A DNA stretch of 64,000 nucleotides from the human T2T-CHM13v2.0 reference genome, Homo sapiens. A program made the position numbers and the translations under genes. Positions within the stretch are counted from its first letter, which is position 1. Every line of letters starts with the position of its first letter. The stretch is taken from NCBI RefSeq assembly GCF_009914755.1, contig NC_060926.1; one strand, given 5' to 3'. Under the pieces are notes generated by a model. That model ran no database searches. It was not told the DNA's origin and worked only from the letters and a program-made list of their open reading frames with translations. Positions 1-16,023 of the stretch are shown one piece after another.

Positions 1-359
1 CAGCTTTTATATAAATTTAAAATCATTTAAAAATAAAAAGGTTTTAGAAAGGACACTGAAGTCAGCCTGAAGAGCCAATCTGAGGGATATAATTTGAGCA
101 TCAAATCAATGTTTGTGACAGATTAAAACCAATAAAATAACACTCATCTGAATAAATACATGAATGAACAGATGAAGATGAGAAAGCTTTTCCTTACAGT
201 ACAATAGTAACAAATGAAGGAGGAATGATAGAATTACAAAATCACCATGTGAGAATCCTCATAGTAAAAATTAATTCATCAAAAAAATCAATGGATGCTA
301 CAACTAGTAAGTGAAAGTGAAAAAAGTGAATGAGTTCAGTATATACTTTGTAATTAGAA

Positions 360-640
360 CTCACAAAATTGCTGATAAGACTGGATACGGGGTGAGGGGA
401 GAGAAGAATCAAAGATAAATGGTGGGCACTGATTTAAGCAACTGAGGAAATGACAGTGCTATTTATTGAGTTATGGCAGTCCTAAAGAAGAATTTGGTGC
501 AAGAAGGTGAAATCAAGAGGTCATTTTGGACATATCAAGTCTAAGGCACCTATTCAGACCTCCAAGTGTCAATATCAAGGAGGCAGTTAGATATAGAAAT
601 CTGGAGTTCTGCAGAGTTCAGGACACCAGACAGAAACCTG
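360..640 (-). mobile_element. L2 relic
   Basis: TTTTGGACATATCAAG...GGAGGCAGTTAGATATAGAAATCTGGAGTTC resembles the L2 antisense motif. Confidence 0.6.
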
Positions 641-1314
641 GGATTTATCAGGACATTAAAAATAGTAAAATATTAAAAACAAATTATATTATCAATAATA
701 AGCAAATGGTAAACTGTGCTACATTCATATAATATAGCAATAAATATAAGTATTATATTAGAAATTATTACTTAAGTCTGTATTGCTTAATCCAGAAAGA
801 TATTAATAATATCCCAAGTAAAACAAGTATTCTATTTCTGTAAGTAAGTGTGCACAAAGTCAGGAAATTATGGAAGGATATATCCCCAAAGTATTTACAA
901 CTGTTATATCAAGGTAGAGGAAGTAGAGGTGGTTTTCACCCCTCTCATTATATATTTCCCTACTGTCTGAACTTCCTACAATGAACTTAAACTATCTCAC
1001 TTTTTCCTAATAAAACAGTTTTACTTATTTTTTTAATTGAAGACATAATACATGCTTATTGTAAAAAAATTCAAACATAGAGGAATATAAGAATAAAGTA
1101 AAAATCACCTAAAAATTCTACTACCCAGAGATAATCATCAGTCTATGATCATTTCATACATTTTTTATGCATATAAACAAACACATTTAGTTTTACATGA
1201 ACGAGATCATATAATACAGACTAATTACTCCATTTCATACTCCCCAGAAAAAAATAATTGCAATGTTAACAACTGGGTATACCCTTCTACACCCTTCTCC
1301 ATACTCTGCATTAC

Positions 1315-1604
1315 TTTTTTCTTTTTGAGACGGAGTCTTGCTCTGTTGCCCAGGCTGAAGTGCAGTGGCGTAACTTGGCTCACTGCAACCTCCACCTCCT
1401 GGGTTCAAGCAATTCTCCTGCCTCAGCCTCCCAAGTAGCTGGGATTACAGGCACCTGCCACCACACCCAGCTAAATTTTGTATTTTTAGTAGACAGTGGT
1501 TTCACCATGTTGGCCAGGCTGGTCTCAAACTCCTAACCTTGTGATCTGCCCTCCTGGGCCTCCCAAAGTGCTGAGATTACAGGTGTGAGCCACCGCACCC
1601 AGCC
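1315..1604 (-). mobile_element. AluS in OLA1 intron 3
   Basis: Full dimer; TSD CTCTGCAT(T/G)ACTTTT. Confidence 0.92.
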
Positions 1605-1738
1605 CTCTGCATGACTTTTATAATCACCCAAAACAATAATGCTACATTAATTTTAAAAGAAAAACTCTTCTATATGACTTTAAACATCTGCCCAATCTAC
1701 ACAAAATCACCAAATAAATAGCATAAAATATCTCTTAC

Positions 1739-1882
1739 CTTGCTGGTTTGTGGTATTGACAAAGAAAGTCAAACCTTTCATCTGGCACAGGTACTCTGCT
1801 CTCATTAGGATCAATAGTGCAGAACGGGAAGTTTTCTGCTGAAGCCTGACTATTGGTTAACACATTGAAGAAAGTAGATTTC
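1739..1882 (-). CDS. OLA1: OLA1 coding exon 3 (144 nt): (G)[47 protein letters not shown](S)
   Basis: Minus strand tgttttag|GAAATCTACT...CCAGCAAG|gtaaga; phase joins exon 2 to complete the Walker A/G1 motif GLPNVGKS; contains the Obg/YchF G2 motif FPFCT. Confidence 0.97.
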
Positions 1883-4800
1883 CTAAAACAAATAAAAGCA
1901 ATTTCAATCAATTCTTAGGTTAACACCAAGAAAAATTTATCTCACTCTAATTTCAATGCTCAAATAAGATCCATGAGGAATATAAAACCAATCTACAAAG
2001 AGAGGGAAAAAGGAACAATACATTTTTTACTAACAGAAGTGAATGAAATTTACAACAGTAAAGCGGCAGCTCATGACTTATAATTAGGTTATTTCCCCAT
2101 CACAGTCTATTTGAAACTTGAAAAGCATGTTCTCAAAGAATCTTTGTTATAAGTTAGAGTTTCATGTCATACTACAAAATCTATTTTTTTTCCATAATAT
2201 ACCTGATCGTACCAGCATCACTTCATCCATACCTAACAAAACCTTCTCTAGCATGAAATGTAGAAGTCATGTCTCTAGTTAAGTCAATGACTTTCCAAAA
2301 ACTCTGAATTGGGAAAGAGATGCTAAATGTCTGGTATCTGATAGGAAATGGGAGGTTGGCACTCAGAACTGCCTTCTAATCATTAGTATGTAAGGATTAC
2401 TGGTAAGTCTAGAATTGTGAATTATGAAAGTCAAAATGTGAATTTTATTCAAGGTATGACTTAAATCAAGAAAATATAATATCTATTAATATGGAATAAA
2501 CTAGTCACTACTTTTCTAATCATTTGACTGCTATCAAGTAATACGTGCTCAGAGAAAGCCCACTCACGTTAACATTTTTAAAAAATGTGATAACACTTTA
2601 TCATTCATGTCTTAAAAAATGAAAAAAGAAATAAAATTTTAAAAATAAAAAATAAAATATGATAATACGGTGCCAAATATCATACAGAGTAAAATCCAAA
2701 ACAAAATTTTAAACTCACAGTGGCCATCTTTTAAGAATGCTAGGTGATTAACTCTTTGAAGACTGTTAAAGTGGTTACCGTGTCTTTCCTATAGAAACTG
2801 TACTTTCAGAATAACCAATAGTTATGAAAAGAAAATTACTTTATAGACATATTCCAGCCAATAAATGAGGAAAGAATAAAAACTTAGAATAGCACCATTC
2901 TGCATCCCCTAACAAATTAATGGATCTTGGTAATAATTACCAATGACAGTTAGTGCTGCAAAAACAGGAGAAAAAAATAGTACCTCCTGAAAGAAGTATA
3001 TACATCATCTGTCATCTTAATCTGACCAACACTTTACATGTTACTGCTAGTTTACAGGAAATATAGAGGACAGAAGAACATATTAAATGATACCATGGGG
3101 ATAAAGTCAATAAAATCCAGACTCTGGAAAATTTTATAAGACTAAAAACCAGATTTCTTCAACAGGTCATCTGGGGGCTGGAAGTAAGTGAGAAACTTCT
3201 CCTTCTGGATGAGATGTAGAAGCTAACAGCAGTCCAACAATCCCAACCAGAACTAGAAAAGCCATCTAAAATGCAGGATACAGAAGGCATCTGTTTGAAG
3301 GGTCTGGGATTCTGAAAATGAAAACAAAAAATTTGGAAGAAGTGATTTGACCTCTACAGCCACTTTTACCCTGGGGACCTGTGCCCATTCTGGGCAAAAG
3401 AAGGATGCAAGGATCCAGACTTTATACACATAGAAAGCTGATGCTGAAGGAGAAAGAAACCAGCAAAACATTTGGAGGAAACTTGGAGAACCTCAGGCAC
3501 ACCACCAGTTTTCCCACTGGGGATATTTTCCTCAAGAGAAAACTACAAAAGCCTACTCAAGTAATTGGTAACACAGACTGGCCCACTCTCCATTCCTTCT
3601 TCCCCTCTCCATGAAAAAATTTAAAATAAAGAGTGATAGTTAAGTTGCCAGAACAGTCCAGGAATCCTTATTTATCTAAAATGTAATGAAAATATTGTAT
3701 ACCTACAATGGAAATATTGCAGAATAATGTTGTAATAAAAGTACTTAAGACAAAATTTAAATCTATTAATTTAAACATTTATAGGACACTTGGGCCTAAC
3801 GTTATGAAGACAAAATAAAATGCTATTGCATTTTCGTATACTGTAGTTTAAAAACTGCTCATTACTATTACCACAGTCAGCTGCAATTCTAAAAAGGCCA
3901 TAGGTTGTTTATGGAGTTTTTTTCAAATTTATGGCGATTACTGTGTACAGTATTTTATATCGTCTACCTGGACAAAAATAAGTATGTTTTGTGATTTTTT
4001 AAAATGTATCCCTTAAAACATATTATATGGTAAAACATAGCAAAAGAAAATTCCTTAGGCAGAAAAAATTCTTACATACATTCAAACTAAACTTAGAAGA
4101 CAAATATCCATTTTCACAGACTGTCTCATTTTAGATGAATATTAAATGTCGTGAAACCCAAGTCATCTGTAGCTTCTAACAGCTTTGCAGGTATAAAAAA
4201 AGTAAAAAGAAATAAGGAAGAAGGAAAAAGAAAAATTTCTAAGGATCATTACTATAGGCTTCAGTGGCAACTAAAGACATTTTGATCTATTCAAATCTAT
4301 TAAGAAAAGCCTCGCGAAAGCAAAGAATTTGAAAGTTTTGGCCTATGCCTGAAGTGTTAAAGCCCATATGCTTTTTGTAAAATGAGAACTTTTTAAACAC
4401 ACACACACGCACCCCTAGATCCCTTGAGGTTAATATTAAAGCTTAAAAGCAGGAGAAAGATTCAAAGTTGTAGGAATTTCTCTCATGCAAGAATGGGTTT
4501 ACATAACTTATTTCAGCAATGATAGATAGCATTAAAAGAAAAAAAACACAGTGACTAGACTAAATGTATGCCCCCTAGACTTAGGACCTACATACTTTAT
4601 TTTGGAAATTACTATTTTACTCTGTTAAGTCAATCTGACTGAATAGATGTTTTATGTAAAACTTTACACAAAATTGCAGCATGTAATGGGAAGTAGGGAT
4701 ACCAGTGCAAATTCCCACAGCATTCTGAATTAACTATTTATATATAATATCCATCCAAAACATGGGAAAAGAAGTAGAAAGTTCTTTCAAAATGTTTTCA

Positions 4801-4984
4801 ATTAGATATAACTAAACTGTTAAAAGCATCTATCTGATAGATACACAAATACGTAAGATGACAGAAATAAATGCCAATCCATGTATACATGGGTGAGTAT
4901 AATTACATATTTTCTACTTCCATCGGAGAAGAAGGCCTAAAAACAGCAACACTTCAGCAGCAATGATCACACCTAGAGAAATGT

Positions 4985-6105
<1,121 letters not shown>

Positions 6106-6373
6106 ATATATTATGTGTTTATTACCATAATTTCTTTAAAAAGTATCAAACTCAAATGGATAAATATTATACAAAATACCTAACCAGTACTCTTCAAAAA
6201 TAAATCTTTGAAGGTCAGGAAAAATAAAACATTCAGAAACTGTCAAAGATTGGAGGAGATAGGAGACATGAAGACTAAAACACAACATGGTATTCAACAC
6301 TGGAAAAGACAAAGGACATTAGTGGGAAAACTGGTGAAATCCAAATAAAGTCTGTGGTTTAGTAAAGCAAATA

Positions 6374-6882
6374 CAGTTAACCCTTGAACAACACTGGTTT
6401 GAAATGCATGTTCAAAGTGCATGTGTCCACTTATACACAGATTATTTTCAATAAAATTTACACTGAATGTGCCTGCCCCTCCTTCCTCTCCTTCCACTTC
6501 CTCTCTATCTTCTGCCTCTGCCACCTGAGACAGCAAGACCAAACCCTCCACCTCCTTCTCCTCCTCAACCCACTCAACATGAAGACAACAAAGACCTTTA
6601 TGATGATCCACTTTCACTTAGTGAATAGTAGCTACGTTTTCTCTTCCTTATGATTTTCTTAATAACATTATTTTCTCTAGCTTAGTTTATTGTAAGAATA
6701 TAGTATAGAATAATACAACATACAAAATATAGCTTAATCAACTGTTTATGTTATTGGTAAGGCTTCCAGTCAATAGTTGGTTATTAGTAGTTAAGTTTTG
6801 GGGGAATCAAAAATTACACACAAATCTTTGACTGGGCCAGGGGTCAGTGCTCCTAATCCCCGAGCTGTTCAAGGGTCAACTG
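6374..6882 (+). mobile_element. Tigger2-family non-autonomous DNA transposon (Tigger2a-like)
   Basis: TIRs CAGTTAACCCTTGAACA / TGTTCAAGGGTCAACTG with TA target sites on both sides. Confidence 0.85.
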
Positions 6883-6894
6883 TAATTTCTTTTT

Positions 6895-7654
<760 letters not shown>

Positions 7655-8995
7655 TTACTGCTGAATACTAGGAAAGAGTGATTAGGAAAACAGATCTGTT
7701 ATTCAAAAAGATCATTCAGAACATATTAAAAAGAGAAAGTAAATAAGTCCCAAATCATAGATTTCTATGAAAGAACAGGCATTCTGGAATATTGACAAGC
7801 AGACAGTAAGATTTAAATTCATTTAAAATGGTTTTGGGGAGTTTTGCTTCCCCTCTGCTACAAGAACTGCCCTCCTGCTACAAAGAGCTAGAAAACCAGA
7901 CAAAAATCTATGAAATAATAGTTTTCACACAAAGGACAATATGCATCACAGGACTGTGTTCCCTGAGAGAAGAATAACAAATAAACTAAGCTCTACAATT
8001 GCTCCAGCTTACTGCCTACTGATGCTTTCAAAGTCACCATTCCAAGAGGGGAAACCAACAGAACCCAGTAGTCACACCAAGTTGAAGAGACTAAGATGAG
8101 AGTTAGGAGGCCAAGGCAGCTAGAATTTATGGGAGAGTATACTAGAAAGGTGGGAGCTGCACAGAGAAAACGCTCTGAAGAGCTGCAGAGGGTCCCCTCA
8201 AGAACGCAGCTAAGTAATGATTTGCGCATGAGTAAATTCAATCACTACAAGTCCAGGGAAAGAACCACCCAAACAGAGTAGGATGAACAGTTCTCAGGGC
8301 TCACACGGAGATTGGAACAGTTCACATTCCTATGAGCCACAGTGGAGAGATCCTGTAATACAAGGGAATTTGGATAGAGTCCTCAAAAGGGTCAAGTCTT
8401 AGTACTAGGGCTTAAGTAGCACCAGAGCACAAAATCATATTAATCCATCATAAGAAGACTCAAAACAATTAATCTGATACATAAATAACTAAATGCCATA
8501 CCGAGGTCCAACACTCTTTAAAGGAAAACAACAATATTTAGCATTTAACATAAAATCCACAGTGTATAGAATCCAATAAAAATTATAAGACATGCAAAAA
8601 AGCAGAAATATATATACCAAAATCAGGATAAAAGTCAGTAAATACAAATATAGTAATGAGAGATGAAGTAGCATAAAAGGACCTTAAAATAAATGTTACA
8701 AATCTTTTAAAATTTTTCTTAAGGATATAAAAGCTAATATAAAGACAGTGAGGAAGAAAATGAAACACATAATATCCAAATAAAATTATTGTTAAAAAGA
8801 TACAATATTTGAAATAAAATGAAATTGAAATGAAAAATACACTGGACATGATTAACAGAAGATTGGACACTGCAAGCAAAAGACCTTGAAGACAGCAATA
8901 AAAGTATCCAAATGAAGCACAAAGAGAGAAAAAGACTGGAGAAAGAAATAACCAGAGCTTCAGCAGGATACTATCTAGGGAAGAACATGCATTTA

Positions 8996-10480
8996 CAGCC
9001 ATACATCGCTTAATGATGGAGATACATTCTGAGAAATGGGTCCTTAGGCAATTTCATCATCGTGCGAACATTACAGGGTATATTTACACAAACCTAGATG
9101 GTACAGCCTACTACACACCTAGGCTATATGGGATAGCCTATTGCTTCTAGGCTAAACCTGTACAGCATGTTACTGTACTGAACACTGTAGACAAATGTAA
9201 CACAATGGCAGGTACTATATATCTAAACATAGAAAAGGAACAGTAAAAATACATATAAAAGTGAAATAGGACGCTTACCATGAGTGGAGCTTGCAGGCCT
9301 GGAAGGTGCTCTGGGTGAGTCAATGAGTGATGGTGAGTGAATGTGAGGGCCTAGGACATTACTGCACACTACTGTAGACTTTATGAACACTGTACATTCA
9401 GGATACACTAAAATTATTTTTTAATATTTTTCTTTCTTCAATAAATTAGCCTTAGCTTACCAATACTTTTTACTTTATCAACTTTAATTTTAACTTACTG
9501 ACTCTTTTGTAATAACACTTAGCTTAAAATACAAATACACTGTATAGCTGTACAAAAATATTTTTTCTTTATATCCTTATTCCATATGCTTTTTTATATC
9601 TTTAAAATGTGTGCTTTTTTTTAAAAACTTTTTTGTTAAACACCGAGACATAAACACATACATTAACCCAGGCCTACATGGAGTCTGATCATGAATATCA
9701 CTGTCTTCCACCTACACATTTTGTCCCACAGGAAGGTTTTCAGGGGCAATAACACACATGGAGCTGTCATCTCCTATGATAACAATGCTTCCTTCTGGAA
9801 TACCTCCTGAAGGAACTGCCAACGGCTGTTTTACAGTTACTTTTTTTTTTTATAAGTAGAAAGAGTACACTCTAAAGTAACCATAAAAATTACAGTATAG
9901 GCTGGGCATGGAGGCTAATGCCTGTAATCCCAGCACAAAGAGACTGAGGCAAAGAGATCGCTTGAAGCCAGGAGTTCAAGACCAGCCTAGGCAACACAGG
10001 AAGTCCCCATCTCTACAAAAATATATCTTTTTAATTACTCAGGTGGGGTGGCGTGTGCCTGTAGTCACAGCTATACTCAGGTGGCTGAGGCAGGAGGATT
10101 GCTTGAGCCCAGGAGCTCTAGGCTGCAGTAAGCTATGATCAGGCAACTACACTCCAGCCTGGGCAATGGAGCAAGACTCTGTCTCAAAAAACAAACAAAC
10201 AAAAATTAACTATAGTAAATACATAAGCCAGTAACTGTCATTTATTATCAAGTATTACGTACTGTACATAATTGTATATGCTATACTTTTATATGACTGG
10301 CAGCACAGGCTTGTTTACACTAGCATCACCACAAACGTGAGTAATGCCTTGCACTATGAAATTACCACAACTACAGTATCACCAGGTGATAGAAAATTTT
10401 CACCTCCATTATAATCTCATGGGACCTCCGTCATATATGCAGTCAGTCATTGACCAACATCATTATGCAGCACTTGTCTG
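8996..10480 (-). mobile_element. Tigger3b-like DNA transposon interrupted by an AluJ (9900-10205)
   Basis: TA-flanked degenerate TIRs CAGCCATACATCGCTTAA / TTATGCAGCACTTGTCTG; internal CACAAACCTAGATGGTACAGCCTACTACACACCTAGGCTATATGG; ~1.2 kb without the Alu. Confidence 0.8.
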
Positions 10481-10645
10481 TAATAGGCATCCCAGAAAGG
10501 GAATAAAGTAGAAGATTATCTTCAAAGCACTAGAAGAATAACTGTTAACCTAGAATTCTACCCAGTGAAAATATCTTTCAAAATGAAGAAGTGATAAGCA
10601 CATGAAAAGATGTCAATATTCTTAGCCATCAAGAAAACACCAATT

Positions 10646-10950
10646 GGCCAGCCACGGTGGCTCATACCTGTAATCCCAGCACTTTGGGAGGCGGAGGCAG
10701 GCGGATCACCTGAGGTCAGGAGTTTGAGACCAGCCTGGGTCAACATGGTGAAATCCTGGCTCTATTAAAAATACAAAAATTACCTGGTGGTGGCGCATGC
10801 CTATAATCCCTGTTACTTAGGAGGCTGAGGCAGGAGAATCACTTGAACCCAGGAGGTGGAGGCTGCAGTGAGCCAAGACTGTGCCACAGAACTCCAGCCT
10901 GGGCAACAGAGTGAGACTCTATGTCCAAAAAAAAAAAAAAAAAAAGAGAA
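10646..10950 (+). mobile_element. AluS
   Basis: Full dimer; TSD AAAACACCAAT. Confidence 0.9.
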
Positions 10951-12028
10951 AAAACACCAATCAAAAACTTCACAACTTGGCTATAATCAAAAAGATAACA
11001 ACAAATGTTGACAAGGATGTGAAATATTGGAACCCACATACACCACCTGTGCGCACATAAAATGGTGCAGCCACTTTGGAAAACAGTTTGGCAGTCCTCA
11101 ATAGTTAAATATACAGTCACATGTGACCCAGAAATTCTACTTCTAAATATATACCTAAGAGAAATAAAATCATATATCTAAATAAAAATTTATGTATCCT
11201 AAGGCTGAAGCAGACAGAGTACAAATAACATATTGTACTGAAATATAAAATATGTTGTATATAACTGAAAGATACTGTGGTGTCAGAAAGTAGAAAGCAC
11301 TCAAAAAATAAAGAGGACATGTCAAAAGGAATATAAGTGAACATAAAGGCTCCTAATCACCAAATATGGGCAATTAGAGTGACAAAATAACAACAGTAAT
11401 GGATTATAACCAAAAGAATAAATTAAGAATCTATACTGATATAAATAAATTATAATCAAATACATGAATAAATGGGAAACTCTTTTGTACAATAGGATTT
11501 TACACAATAGAAGTTCCATTGTTCCTTCTACAAATTGTTTCTTCTAAATGTAGAAGAAATAAGGGATATTTTTTAATCACCATTTGGCAAACACCACAAT
11601 AATAACTGTTTCAGTAAGAATCAATAACACATGCCAAAATTAGGGGGCAAAAGTATGAGAAACAATATATGTACAAAATTTCAAAGGACCCCCTACAAGA
11701 TGCTTATTAATTGCAATGGGAAAAATAACCCTTTCAGTGAAGAAATCTGTCAGATACCAACGAGCAATCAAAGTTAATATCACCAAAAATGGACAAATCA
11801 ACATCATGTGCTTTCTAATACACTGTATTGAAAAGCATATGTCACTTATGTGCTCAAAAGTACATAACTTGAAATTAATTATGAGGAAACATCAGACAAA
11901 CCCCAAATGAGAGCTGTACATAATAACTGGCCAGTACTCTTCAAAAGTGTCAAGGATATCAAACACAAAAAGAGACTGAGAATGTGTTCCAGGTTAAAGG
12001 AAACTAAGGAAACAAAACACTTAAATGC

Positions 12029-12345
12029 AGCTGGGCACAGTGGCTCATGCATATAATCCCAGCACTTGGAAGGACGAGGTGGGAGGATCACTTGAGGCCA
12101 GGAGTTTGAGACCAGCCTGGGCAACATAGTGAGAACCCATCTCTACAAAAAAAAAAAAAAAAAAAAAAAGTTAAAAATTAGTCTGACATAATAAAATGTG
12201 CCTGCAGTCCCAGCTATTCAGGTGGCTGAGGTGGAAGCATCACTTGAGCCCAGGAATTTGAGGCTGCAGTGAGCTATGATCAGGCCAAGGTACTCCAGCC
12301 TGGATGACAGAGCGAGACTCTATCTCAAAAAAAAAACAAAAAACA
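12029..12345 (+). mobile_element. AluJ with long mid-A tract
   Basis: Full dimer; TSD-like AACA(C/A)TTAAATGCA. Confidence 0.88.
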
Positions 12346-12577
12346 ATTAAATGCAACATACAATTATGGATTGAATCTTGGACCAAAAAAAGGACATTAG
12401 AGGGACAATTAGTAAATCAATGTTTATTTCCTGATTTTGATCATTGTATTATAGTTATAAAGATTTTAACACTTAGGGGATCCAAGCAGAGGTTAAATAG
12501 GAATTTTTAAAACTATTTTTGCAACTGTGAGTTTTTTTAAGCATGAAATTATTTCAAAAGAAATTTTTTTTCCATAT

Positions 12578-12895
12578 GGGTCTTACTATATTGTCCAGGC
12601 TAGAGTGTAGTGGCTATTCAGAGATCTCACTACCCATCAGGACAGGAGTTTTGATCTGCTCTGTTTTTGACCTGGACCAGTTCACCCTCCTTAGACAACC
12701 TAGTGATCCTCCACTCCTGATAGGTCACCATATTGATGCTGAACTTAGTGCTGACACTGGATCACCACTGTGGGTGGCGTTGCAGACACCCAATCAGCAT
12801 AGCACAACACAGCCCAGAACTCCTGGGCTCAAGGTATCCTCCTACCTCAACCTCCTGAGTAGCTGAGACTACATGTGGGCACCACTGAGACCAGC
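12578..12895 (-). pseudogene. 7SL (SRP RNA) processed pseudogene, near full length, in OLA1 intron 2
   Basis: Reverse complement follows 7SL including the S-domain absent from Alu (GCACTAAGTTCaGCATCAATATGGTGACCT, CTAAGGAGGGTGAAC, GAGCAGaTCAAAACTCC, TGAATAGCCACT); many substitutions and a 32-nt insertion. Confidence 0.9.
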
Positions 12896-13337
12896 TCAAA
12901 TTTTTTTTTAATTTAATCTTAAGTGAAAAGTCAAGCAAACTGGCAAGAGATCATTGTAATACATATCCAACAAAGAACTCATATCCAGAATAAAAAACTA
13001 ATCATTAAGAAAAAAAAAGACTTTTTACATAAGATATCCAATAACATATGGAAAGATGCTCAAAATCACAAGCCATCAAGAGATATCTCTGATATCCATA
13101 GATACCTGTCTTCTCGGTAGACATGGGAATCTGACTCTTAGCTTAATTTTATCAGCTCTTTAGAATGAAAATACTCAGATCATCAGTATTTGCAGCCTAG
13201 AGAATAATTTTCCTCCTGTGAGTTCCTTTGAGCAATCAAGAATGGAGCTTCTAAAACACAAGTGAGCTAAGAATCAACTAGGCAGACTTCTAGGAACACA
13301 TAGACATCACATATTTTGTATTAGGAAAATAGTGGAC

Positions 13338-13808
13338 TGCAGTGGATTGAAGATGGCCACACATTTTTTGTCACTCCTCCCATCAAGAGGTAGAGTCTAT
13401 TTCCCCTCTCCCCATGTCTCTGGGCTGGTGTCATGACTTGCCTTGACCAAAAGATTTCTGTGTAAGTTTGCTATGCCACTGCCACACCTCCATTCTCTCG
13501 AGAGCCAGACGCCAAGATATAAGGAAGCTTGGTCTAGAGACCACTTAGAAAGAGAATGAGGCCAAGTATAAGAGAAGTGCCCCAGACTTCCAGTCAATCC
13601 AGCTAAGGCCCCAGATCTGTTAAAATGGCCATCTTGGATCTTTCAGTCTCAACTAGCCACCAGCTGAATGCAGTCACATGAGGGATCCCAATGAGACTGG
13701 CAGAAGACCTTTCTAACTCACTACATTCCCGACGAACAAAAATTGTTACTATTTTAAACCATGAACTTTTGGAATGGTTTGCTACACATCAACAGATAAC
13801 TATACAAT
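13338..13808 (+). mobile_element. MLT1 (MaLR) solo LTR
   Basis: GATGGCCACA...CTCCTCCCATCAAGAGGTAGAGTCTATTTCCC start; TTTTAAACCA...GGTTTGCTACACATCAACAGATAAC end. Confidence 0.7.
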
Positions 13809-14026
13809 GGTGATAATTCTCTTGTGATTTTTTCTTTTTTTTAGCATTTTCTACAACCTTTTCCCTCAGCAATGGTAAATGGCTTTCACAGACGCTGTGA
13901 TTGGTCTGCAGAAATTTGGGAGAAGGCAATTTGCAGGGACACCAAAATGCATTCCCAGAAGGATCAGCTAAACAAGACAATTACTCTTCTGGGGCAGTTT
14001 GTGAGTGTTTGAACACAGTATACTAG

Positions 14027-14441
<415 letters not shown>

Positions 14442-14582
14442 TAAATTCTTGTGACTAAATTCTGGACAAAGGGATGTTGGCAGAAGTATGGTATGGCAGT
14501 TTACAGGAAAAAGGCTGCTAGTCAAGTTTGGCCCCCTGACCCTTCGGATAACCAGCTGCCTGGAATTCACAACACCTTAGAC

Positions 14583-14936
14583 CAGCAGCCGCCAACCTTT
14601 TTGGCACCAGGGACTGGACCGTGAATTGGCTGATGGAAGCCAATTTTTCCACGGACCAAGGGTGTGGGGGATGGTTTCAGGATGAAACTGCCCCATTTTA
14701 GATCATCAGGCATTAGTTCGATTCTCATAAGGAGCGTGCAACCTAGATCTCTTGCATGCGCAGTTCACAACAGGGCCTGCGCTCCTCTGAGAATCGAATG
14801 CTGCTGCTGACCTGACCGGAGGTGGAGCTAAGGTGGGAATGCTCACTCGCCTGCTGCTCGCCTCCTGCCATGCAGCCTGGTTCTTCACACGCCACAGATC
14901 GGTACCAGTCCCCAGCATGAGGTTCGGGAACCCTAG
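14583..14936 (-). mobile_element. MER1B-like hAT-Charlie element
   Basis: CCAACCTTTTTGGCACCAGGGAC terminus, internal GATTCTCATAAGGAGCGTGCAACCTAGATC; degenerate 8-bp TSD CCTTAGAC/CTCTAGAC. Confidence 0.85.
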
Positions 14937-15360
14937 CTCTAGACCATGAGGATGAGGCCACATCCTAGGGATTGCCAAGCTGTGAAGTGAAAGGAGCATG
15001 GGTTCCTGAGGACTTCATAAAGCAGGTCCACTATACCAAGCTATGACTGCAAAATGTACATTTTTACGTGAAGAAAAAAAACTGGTTATCTGGGGTTTTC
15101 TGATGCTCTTAATTGAACCTAATCCCATCTGATGCAGTGGATAGCAACAAGAAGAGCTATCCCTCACAGAAATAAAGAAGTTTGGAACACTGTATCAAAA
15201 CGTACTTTCGCCCCCAATATTCTCTAAGCCTCACAACCACAATAATACACTGCTCCAACAGGAGCTCATTTATAAAGGGTCACTCAGGTAAGAAAAAGCA
15301 GTACAGAACTAGAAACCAAATCTCCATATTCTTTCTACTTCATTAAAAGAGGTCATTTAA

Positions 15361-15872
<512 letters not shown>

Positions 15873-15924
15873 CATGTCTCCTTATCACTAAATCTACATC
15901 CAGCCGTCAAAGGGGAAATATGTA

Positions 15925-16023
15925 TCCCATTAACAAATAATTACTAAATATCTACTATGTTCCTAACACCATCGTGTCCCGTTAACAAATAATTACTAAA
16001 TATCTACTATGTTTCTAACACCA
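15925..16023. repeat. 52-bp tandem duplication (2 copies)
   Basis: TCCC(A/G)TTAACAAATAATTACTAAATATCTACTATGTT(C/T)CTAACACCA at 15925 and 15977. Confidence 0.92.

Noticed and set aside
6294-6653. Acidic 107-aa and opposing 89-aa ORFs
   Set aside because: Lie within a non-autonomous Tigger2 derivative; no transposase domain
12578-12895. Functional SRP RNA gene
   Set aside because: Many substitutions, degenerate 5' end, internal insertion, and located at an old L1 3' end, consistent with a retrocopy
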